In this document: piece after piece, positions 54,103-64,000 of the stretch
Numbering within the stretch: the first letter of the stretch is position 1
Layout of the letters: each line of letters opens with the position of its first letter
Source: Veleropilina oligotropha
Taxonomy: Eukaryota
Direction of reading: 5' to 3'
DNA length: 64,000 nucleotides
NCBI GenBank assembly: GCA_048128005.1
Contig: JBEUKZ010000030.1
Location: 1-64,000 of the forward strand
The notes under the pieces: model-generated
Database searches by the model: none
What the model was told of the DNA's origin: nothing
Seen by the model: the letters and a program-made list of their open reading frames with translations, nothing else
Program-made: the position numbers and the translations under genes

Positions 54103-54619
54103 TTCTATTTAAATTTATTTAAATCTATTTATATGTCTTCACTAAAAAGCTTTCTTCTCACAGATACTTCAAGAGAAGGCTGGATGCAGTATTCAACAAT
54201 CAGAACTTTCAAAGAAAGTGGCCCTTGTCTGAATGATAGTTCACCACATCCACTTTATAGAGCCTTCGTTTCTCAATTGTATGTTGATCACAGATTTCGC
54301 TTTCCTAGCTTAGATTTAGCACCACGGCAAAACACACCTGTGTTTTCTTTGCAGTTTGAAGATGATGACCCTTGTCGTGTGCATGACACATATCGCGCAA
54401 GTTGAAAGTACGAGCAGATTTGATGCATTGCCAACATCGTTCAATCACCATTTGTTTGTATATTTCCCCGTAACCCAGTGGTTAGTGCCCTGTCGATCTA
54501 CTCAGATAATTGATAAAGCCTTAATTCTCTGCTATCAGGAAGGTAGCAAGCAAACTGCCCGGTTGTTCACGCACAATTTATCGACGCATAAATATCCCAA
54601 GATTACCATCAACTTTTTC

Positions 54620-55435
54620 TTTCGCGTGTGAATGTGTCGCCTTTGAGCTAACAGTCTGCCACATCATCGACGACTGCCCATTTAATAGCTCACCCGCTTG
54701 CGAAAACGGCCTGGTCCACCTGGTCTCTGACACGAGGACCTGGCAAGCCTCAACGGTCTAGTAGGCCCGTTGAGGCTTGCCAGGTCCTCGTGTCAGAGAC
54801 CAGGTGGACCAGGCCGTTTTCTCAAGCGGGTGAGCTGTTAAGTTGGTAGTCGTCGATGATGTGGCAGACTGTTAGCGCAAAGGCGACACATTCACACGAT
54901 AAAGAGTCAACGAGTCTCAACCTCTTCTTTGATTCTCTAAAGCATCCCACTCCTGTTTTTCAGACGGTTTCGAGCTCGAAGCCCATGATACTCTCTGGAT
55001 CTTGTATGTAGTTGTGCAGTCTGGATGGATATGCGGAAAGACACTCTTCTTATACTGACAGACACCCGTGTGTCCTACGGCCGTCTTTCTTCGAACGCCC
55101 CATGGTATCGAGCGATTGAGGCGGTGGAAGTATTCAGCGAAGCGCCGTCGTGATTTTAGTCGAGCACGTTGTGGATTCTTTCTGATGAAGGGAGTGATCT
55201 TCACTTGCCTGCATCTTGCAGGTGAGCGCCTTAGTCCAGGAAATATGCCTGAAAGGTTGTGCAGTTGACTGACGGGGAGTTCGTCGCAGGCGAGTGATGT
55301 GGTCTTTGCTTTGAGGTTGTCTAGGTGTTGGTGGAATGTTATAGAATGCGATCTTGTTTCACCGTGACGCACAGCTTGCGATTTGTCTGTTTGTTGTCTA
55401 GGTGAAGGATGGAGGGCATGGTCTTGTCAGTGAGG
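54620..55435 (-). mobile_element. Ingi/Vingi-like LINE 3' fragment with fold-back duplication
   Basis: RLKSRR-F, IQDP..GFEL, CEC...TV.HIIDDCP motifs; the last ~135 bp is present twice in inverted orientation. Confidence 0.55.
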
Positions 55436-55439
55436 AGTT

Positions 55440-55612
55440 TAATGGAATTATATTCTAAATAATGTAGTGGTATTGACATATGTAAACCAATTTAAAAGTC
55501 ACATAGATATGCATTTAAGAAATTAGGCAGGTTATAGATGACAAGATTACTACAATGGTTTGTTATAAGAGTGGCAGTAATGCGCTTTCTTCATCCAAGT
55601 GGATTCTATTTA
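55440..55612 (+). mobile_element. CR1 3' tail fragment
   Basis: ggcaggttatagatgacaagattacta..gagtggcagtaat..attctatttaa matches the other CR1 tails. Confidence 0.75.
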
Positions 55613-55724
55613 AGTCAATTGAGGCGCCAGTTCCCCAGGTACTTGGACAGGGTCTGCGATTAGTCAGCTTATCAATACTTCATGGCCTGTATCGAACAGA
55701 GGTCATGTATGTATTGTATATGTC

Positions 55725-55880
55725 ATGGTAGAAACTCCGATCTGGTAGAATCTCAGATTCTACTGGCAGAGACTCCGATCAGAGTTTCTACTGGTAGAAT
55801 CTCCGATTCTATCAATAGAGACTCCGATCAGAGTTTCTAACAGTGCAATCGGAGATTCTACTGGTAGAAACTCCGATTGG
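55725..55880. repeat. Cluster of short direct/inverted repeats (gtagaaactccgat), probably transposon subterminal repeats
   Basis: Directly visible motif repeated in both orientations. Confidence 0.6.
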
Positions 55881-58239
55881 TTAAAAGATGAAATATTTTT
55901 TTACAAATAAATGTACTCTTATAAATACTTATATCATTATATTATACAAGTACAACAATTGTGATTGGCAAATTTGATTTGATTTTTTGAAGTACCACAA
56001 TGAAAATTATCTAATCACGGAAGTGAGTAACACATATATACGTTGTAGCCAAATAATATATTATAATAAAATATTATAATAATGAACTTCATATATGAAT
56101 TAATTTATTTGTAAATTTAAATGTAGTGGAGGTAGTGCACAGCATAATATTCCATTAAAGTTCAGATAATATATTCTGATAGTTGACCTGTTTATGGTTT
56201 GATTGATTGTATGATTTTTGTTAATCCAATGTGCCTATAAATATTTTAATTGACACTATTTTGAACTTTGTAATGACATTGTCACATATAACATCATATC
56301 CAGTATTTTATTTTATCTGCATCATGCCATAATGCTTTGTATATAAATGGCCATTTCAATAAGCATCCATATCAATATTTGAAACAATAGTTATTACAGT
56401 GTGATTGAAATCATGATAAAGGATATGATGGATGGATGTCATGAATCGTTTAATTAATGTCTCTATCCGATCATGCCTATATATGGAATACATATATTCA
56501 ACTATTTTAAACAGTACCAGGGGAGACAATCCCACCCACCGCGTTACACAGAGTGATAGAGACTCGAAGGGAGATTACGTGCAGTTATATATTAATAAGT
56601 ACATGTATTAGATTAGATAACAAGGACATCAGAGGAGATTGCAAACCCTCATCTCGGCGCCAAGGAAGACGATGGTGAAAGTCATAAATGTCTACGATCA
56701 ATACTTCTGAACATGAATTACAATCATAAAAATCCGAAAACCGGAAATTGCATCATATCGTTGTCCAATGATGTCAAGAACATTTTGAGCTTAATTTGAA
56801 CTTTGTACGGAGAAGCATTCTAACTGTACAGCCCAAAATCCAAACACCAGATGTGCGGTATAACATACATTACCAAGGGTAATGAGCCGCTGGAGAGTTT
56901 TTGAATAGATGGATAGATGAATTGATATTTAATGAACATGCCAACAGTATTTCAGTCCTAAATTGGGTCAATCAACTTTTGAATAATGAAATGAATTAAT
57001 GTTGTGTGTAATGGAGACATAAATTATGGAAACAGTCACAGGCACTCAGAGGCTTTGATCACAAGACCTTTAGCTTTGTAAACCATCACTGTATCCATTC
57101 GGCCATGCTGCACCTTTGAGAGTTTTGAACTCTATAGGTTACTAAATGACTATAAAACATTTATATATAAGTTTCACCTCTGATGTTGAAATAATTCAAA
57201 TGCGATGCCAATAATGAAAATGTAAACTATAACAAATACAGTCATGCACGAAACTTTGTATGAACAAATCATATTGTTTGTAAACTTTGTTTTACGAACA
57301 CTTTTGGCAATTATAATTATGTTCGGTGGTTGTTACATTATGTTTGAAGTGCATAGATGTCAGGAATGCGTCTACTTTATCAAGTTTACCAAATTCAGTT
57401 TTCAATATTGAACACTTGGATTTCTTTCTTTTATGTTGTGTCAAAGTTATCAATGAGTGATGACTTTTATACAATTTAAATTAATCGATTTATATTATAT
57501 TAACATTATAGATTATCATGTGAAAAAATACAACATTAAATTTAAAATAAGTTTTTTATTATAAAAAATGCTAATCAATTTGTTTTAAATTGTAAAAAAA
57601 TATAATTGATTGTTAAAAGTGATTTATCACTGGATTCTCCTTTAAAATAATATAAGAATTAAGAAAAAATGGGGTTGCATTTTTTTCTAGACCCCTAATA
57701 GGTAGCAATATGACGTAATCCAAAATGGCCGCCATCGAATAATGATAATATTCTGTATCTCATTTTTTTCGGTCAGAATTGATACATACATGAATAATAT
57801 GTCGTTTTGCTTGCTTTAAAGCACCAGCTAGGAAGCTGATTCGGCAATTTATCTTTGAAAAACGAATAAATGACGTTGACGGACATATATTGTGTCAAAA
57901 TTGACGAAATCCGAGATGGCCGCCATGAATTAGTGAAAATATTATTGACCTCAAAACTTTGAAGCCAGGTTAGATAGATATGTTAATGACGTGTCGTTTT
58001 ATGTTTTCATATTTGCGTAGGCCAATTCTCCTATTTATCTTTCAAATACTACAATAAATTCAAGTTGACTGGCATATACATAGCATGAAATTGGATTGCG
58101 TCCAAAGTAAAAACGCAAAAATATTCCCTCGCCTATTTTCCTTTTCGTGTAACTAGTAATAAATAATCTTTTTATCATTACATGTCCTATACCATCCTCT
58201 CTTGTTTAACTGTACACTAATATATACATTACAAAGTTT

Positions 58240-59340
58240 GAATTATCCGCCCCTAAAACGGTGAAATCTGTTGATTTCGAACTTTGGGTCATTTTTCAAA
58301 TAAACAGTGAACCAATTGATAATTCAAACTTTACGATGAATCCATCAATTACGATAATCAATGATATTACTGAGGATGCTTGTGAAAGTTGCGTATATGG
58401 CAAGAGTATGAGTCAGCGTATTTTTGAATAAAATTGAATAGCAGTCTTCGTGGTTTTTCTCCAGAAAAGAGGCAGAACATCAGTTTTTTGGTAAATAAAA
58501 TATGTGATCTGTCAAGAAAACGTTGAAATTCAACTCAAGTATGTTTCCACGGAGCCCATGGGTGCCCAGATAAAAAGCGGGTAATGAAACCAGTAATGGG
58601 TGTCTTAAAGTGATATTGAACAGTGTTGTAACGTCCTTCTGCTCCATTGAGATCGCAAATCGAGTATCTGAAATATCATTTACCATGTTTAATTAATTAA
58701 GGCTAACCAAGATCTAGACAATAATTGAAACAGGAACTGAATTGAACAATACTGCTAAAGGTGTTGTGATCAATGATATTCATCAAAATATGAAACTTTT
58801 AGTTTCCCCTACCCGACAATCCTCGGTATAAGATGCATCTAAAACACCCGATCCTCGATGTTCATTTCAGCGGACTATCAGCGAATATGGGCAGTTAAAC
58901 ATATCAAAATAATGAACACCATTAATCAAAGTGCATATATTTTGGTGAACCACGTTGTGACAGGTTTCAAATCCGACAGACAAGTATTGTACGATACCAC
59001 AGCCACAGCAACAACGGCACTTTGGAAGTCACTTAATTAAGACCTTGATTTATACAAAAATACAAGATCTAAGTCACTTCCATGTAAACCTGCAGATCTA
59101 GATCGAACATCACCTATATCAAAGGCTTAGAATTGAAACAGGCATTACAAATGTCGTGTTGAAGCAAATGCCGTTAGTGAGATGCAATTGTCTGCCACTG
59201 TGGTTGGTAGACGACAGGTTAGTCTGGTGTGAATTAGACAACATCGACTTTCTGGAATCAACCCTTTGTGGTATGAAGAACATGCTTCATGGTACAACAG
59301 TAGCTATATATTATTTTGTGTCTACTGACAAGTCTCCAAT
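58240..59340 (+). pseudogene. Degenerate Academ-type transposase
   Basis: DLYKNTRSKSL, LRIETGI and DNIDFLESTLCGMKNMLHGT resemble the Academ TRS and DNID..E.T..G...H motifs; frames are broken. Confidence 0.55.
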
Positions 59341-59891
59341 GATGCCACCAAGTATCCTGATTGATCTTTGAAGGGTTAAACTTTACAATGGAACAAATGA
59401 GAGATTGCATATTGAGCACATCAAAACCGGCCATAGGCCTGAATAAGAAAACATCTATAGCTTGGATAACTGGTTGCATGAACTTTGATGAAAATGGAAA
59501 CAGTAACATTAAACTATGTGTACAAATATCACGAGTGGCCTTCAATTTCTTGCTATCATCCATCAACCATAGAAGTGATAGGATCAATGCTGCTTCTGAT
59601 CTTACATTAATCCGACCACCCACACTGAGTTGCATACCGTATACATGGCATCACAACTCGTGTTCAAAAGGTTTTCAGCTGTTTGACCTGATTATGAAGC
59701 TGTCGGTGGAACGCAGGGACATCAGAGAGCAGTTGCTATTCCAGCCTGGAAACTTGAATATTGTGTTTTGGGCTTTAGCAGCGCTGAATGAGTGCATGGA
59801 TAGGCATGAAATTGAGTAGGCCTGGTATGGTTGGAGGCTAAATTGCACTCATCAACAACCGTAACTCAAATTGTGAATGCCATTGGCAAGC

Positions 59892-60157
<266 letters not shown>

Positions 60158-60241
60158 TTCAGTAGCCGTGTTAGTCGTTTTCAAAATAATGTTGATAACA
60201 ATGACTTGTAGCACTTTAAGACTAACTTTATATATTAAAAG

Positions 60242-60283
60242 GAGCTAAAGCTTTCGTAAACAAAGTTACTTCTTCAGTAGCTC
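60242..60283 (-). ncRNA. Minimal type I hammerhead ribozyme motif
   Basis: GAGCUA CUGAAGA A GUAA-CUUUGU-UUAC GAA AGCU U UAGCUC: 6-bp stem I, core, stem II, palindromic stem III. Confidence 0.75.
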
Positions 60284-60285
60284 TC

Positions 60286-60323
60286 GCTACTGAAGAAGTA
60301 ACTTTGTTTACGAAAAGTTTAGC
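60286..60323 (+). ncRNA. Second, degenerate hammerhead motif
   Basis: GCUA CUGAAGA A GUAA..UUAC GAAAAGUU UAGC; the stem III palindrome is mutated and stem I is only 4 bp. Confidence 0.5.
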
Positions 60324-60411
60324 TCCTTTTAATATATAAAGTTATTCTTAAAGTGCTACAAGTCATTGTTATCAACATTATTTTGAAAACGACTAACACG
60401 GCTACTGAATC

Positions 60412-60601
<190 letters not shown>

Positions 60602-62082
60602 GTAGATCACTCAGGGAACATGGCTACCCTCATTGGTCTATACAATCTGTATAGTTTCTTCATGACGTACTCCGAAGAGAAGGCATCCGAGAAACTGTCA
60701 TCAGTTCCTCTGGAAAAGGCATATCGCAACGACATAAATGAAGGAAACAGCAAGACTTCGGGAACTTTGGAAATAATTCATGAAAGGAACTTCTGGGGAG
60801 ATGAAAGCTGTGGCAGGCATCAATAACATCCTGATCATGAATTGAGCAAGAACATTGGTCAATGGGGGAATTGTAGGAATATTTCAAAATTAGAAGACAT
60901 TTAATATTATTTTCCTTATTATACCAGATTGTTCAAAATCACTATACGAATTTGCGAATGAATAGGGCAGTAATGATAATGACAATGGAACACAACCTCA
61001 TGAAATCACAGGATGGATGGTTTCCCGAATAATGCTTCCAAACTCATTGTGATGTTCAACGAACACGAAGACTCTTTCCTGGTATACAAATGATAGTACG
61101 ACGTACGCAACCTGATTAGCAAGAAGTGATGATATATAAAGTGTCCAAAGATATCAAAGAACTTATGATATATAAAATGTCCAAAAATAACAATGAATGA
61201 CACCAGATTAAACCATTTGCAATGGAACGTCTCATTGACGTGACAAAATGTAGACATGGGAAATTGGAACATTGTAGGTAGCACAGAGGTCAATAATTGG
61301 TGAAATTCAAAGCAGAGCTTAGGCTTTTCCAGAGGTTCATGGTCATCTAACGATACCGACTAGAGTTACACGTAAAATAATGCGTTGGGCTAAATGAATT
61401 TGACATTGTCTATTTGCACCTGGCGGTTCACAATCGTTGGCCTATATGAAAGACTAAAATCCTTTTAGGGGCGGTGTGTGGATCCTTCTTGGTTTTTAAT
61501 GGTGCATAGTAAACACTTAACATTGTTGATATTTGCTTTCGTGATTAGCACTAATACTAATACTTGGACAATTTAAATATACTGAAACAAAGCCGGAAAT
61601 ATAATTTAACTTTGGAAGATCTCCATTTTGACACTTATATATAAGCCATTTTGATTTTTCTGAAAGAACAAATGCACAATTGGCATCCTCGCGTCAAAAA
61701 ACATACAAAACAAACATTATTAATGTCCCTATCCTACGTGGCTCATGTTGTGATAACTAAAAGTATTTATAAGTTAAGCGAAAAAGAGCTGATGGAAATA
61801 GGACAGAAAATATGTTTATATGATTTCAGTCCTATTTTCACACGGGGAAGTACGTGTAATTTGGACCGTTGTGTAATTTGAACTTGGTGTTATTCAACTA
61901 CTTTGCCGAAAGGTGGCGACACTGTGTCTTGTATCCAGAGAGAGGCTACCACAAGGGATCGTCTGCACTGGTATTTAAAATCAATCAGGGAAGTAACAAT
62001 ATTTTGTCGACAAGTTCATGAAATTTGACAATTTGATCTTATTTTTCGATTTTGCTATTATGAGTGTCATTCACCGACATCA

Positions 62083-62348
62083 TCTTAATATAATGGAGCT
62101 ATAATTGTATGTGTGTGTGTCTGTGTGTGTGTCTGTCTGTTTCAAGTTGAACTCCTCCCAGACGCTTTGACCTAGGACCTTCAAACTTTGGGGGGTTAAT
62201 CGGGGTCCCCCAAGGAAGGTTCACCACGAAAAAAATTCGGAAAATTCGGGAAAAAAAAAAAACATTTAAGGGAGCACTATCCAAAAAAAAAAAAAAAAAA
62301 AATTGGGGTGGGGGGACTTGCCCGGCGAAGACGGGTACCATAAGCTAG
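62083..62348 (+). mobile_element. Non-autonomous Helitron
   Basis: 5' TC start, GT/GTCT microsatellite, 3' hairpin cccggcgaagacggg then CTAG, inserted between A and T with no TSD. Confidence 0.85.
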
Positions 62349-62627
62349 TATACATAATATACAATACATCATATATGAGCAACATAGAGATTGATGATAA
62401 TATTCACCTATAGAGGACACGCAACTGACGCATTCTTTGTTGCTTACACACACTGTTTTATTTACGTGCTCAAATTTGTAATATGGACCACGAAAAATGT
62501 GTAATTTGGAACAAAACCATATTACACGTAAGGTGGTCCATATAGCACAACGTTTTAAATTAGTTGAAAATATAGTTTATAATTTCGCTTTCTTTCCGGC
62601 CATTTTATCTACTCATTTGACATTAGC

Positions 62628-64000
62628 ATGACGACACGTGAATCTCGAGTTTCTAAGGGAATACATGGAAAATGGACGTCCGAAGCAATGGCAGCTGCCA
62701 TATCTGCTGTTCGGGGACGGAATTTAGGGCTTAACAAAGCGGCGAAAGAATATAGTATTCCAAAAGCTACTCTCCAGAGGCATTTAGATAACGTAAATAA
62801 ATATGCAATCGACGAGAATAAGCACTTGGGACGTCGTTGTGATCTGCCAGTTGAAATAGAACAACAGCTTGTGAATTACATTCTTCAAATAGAGTCTCGA
62901 TTTTATGGAATAAACATACTGGATTTACGGTAAGCACACACTTTAATAAAAACAAACAACTGGCGGGGAAGGAATGGGCTGCAAGATTTCTTAAGCGTCA
63001 TCAAGAAATATCATTGCGTACGCCAGAACCAACATCTCTATCCAGAGCATCTGGTTTTAATCAGGTGCGCCTTAATGCGTTCTTTGATTTACTGGAGAAA
63101 TTAGTAATCGAGAACCATCTGACAGCATCTAAGGTGTACAATATGGACGAGACAGGCATTACGGTTGTGCAAAAGGTGTCAAAAGTGCTAGCAAAGAAAG
63201 GCAAGCATCAGGTTGGCACAATGACCAGCCTGGAACGTGGACAAAATGTGACTGCTGTGTGCTGCATGAATGCGTCGGAACACTTCATCCCACCAGCATT
63301 CATTTTCCCAAGAAAACGAATAAAACCCGAATTGATGGATGGTGCTCCACCCGAGTCAATGTTCTCTTGTCAGGTGTGTGCCGTTATTTTACTGAAGTAT
63401 TGTTATTTGCATGTGTTCTTGTTTTATTAGTATTAGTATGTATTTCCTATAGTTTAAACATTTATTGTGCTAAAGTCACAAAGGATTAGGTAAAACAGTT
63501 ATAATACTGATCAAAGTACCCTTTCCTATAGAGCATGCAATGATTTTAATAAATGCCATATTATCTCCATTTCAGTGTTTTCATGTTATATCATATTTTT
63601 AAGGTGTGATCGATGAAATATTTGAGATAATTTTGTATAGCAAGACGCATTGAAAGTTTACGACCTCGTTTTAATGGGTTCGCAGTCTGGATGCGGGTAT
63701 TCAAAACAAAAAGACATCATAGGTTATAATAAATAATATCATAATTTAATGTTGTTTTTTTTCAATTTTATTTCAGAAGAAAGGCTGGTGTAATGGTGAC
63801 ATCTTTTGCGATTGGTTGGAGCACTTCATAATTCATTCAACGCCCACACAAGACCACAAGGTGCTGTTGATACTTGATGGGCACAAAAGCCACACTCACA
63901 ACATCAAAGCTCTCGAGCGTGCCAGAGAGGTGGGGATCATCATGTTCTCGTTGCCGCCACATACAACCCATCGTATGCAACCGCTCGATCTGACGTTTAT
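62628..64000 (+). pseudogene. pogo/Fot-like transposase (HTH_psq, CENP-B HTH, DD36D), frameshifted, with intron 63374-63776
   Basis: WTSEAMAAAI..YSIPKATL; frameshift/deletion near 62930; YNMDETG; after a GT..AG intron KKGWCNGDIF..LILDGHKSH..LPPHTTHRMQPLD. Confidence 0.88.

Larger units (their letters stand above)
61843..64000 (+). mobile_element. pogo/Fot-like DDE_1 DNA transposon (runs off the window)
   Basis: Repeated gtgtaatttggac subterminal motifs upstream of a transposase; the left boundary is approximate. Confidence 0.75.

Noticed and set aside
62930..62936. GTAAGC as a splice donor rescuing the transposase frameshift
   Set aside because: No plausible acceptor lies before the conserved AGKEW motif; a deletion explains it better.

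Overview
AT-rich, repeat-dense eukaryotic DNA from an invertebrate animal; the taxon cannot be fixed from the sequence alone. There is one intact host gene: a 4-exon TMEM179-family tetraspan membrane protein (+ strand, 260..21352, 239 aa after splicing) with a 16.7-kb second intron. Most of the rest is nested, mostly dead transposons: CR1, I/Nimb-like, Ingi/Vingi-like, RTE and L2/Crack-like LINE pieces, two tRNA-SINE families, Helitron/Helentron derivatives, Academ, MULE, Harbinger, an intron-containing pogo/Fot-like transposase and a solo LTR. There is also a G/T-rich satellite and (TA)n arrays. Four observations stand out. (1) Histone H4 retro-fragments carry strand-specific T>C hypermutation (A>G on the antisense strand) with an ADAR-like neighbour preference. 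(2) These fragments sit antisense inside a three-copy composite LINE-3'/passenger unit with a shared (CAA)n end. (3) A 265-bp palindrome inside (TA)n carries back-to-back Penelope-type minimal hammerhead ribozyme motifs. (4) TSD-less hairpin-ended (Crypton-like) elements are present, one with an in-window empty site and covarying stems. Family assignments come from recognised motifs, not database searches, and repeat boundaries are approximate.
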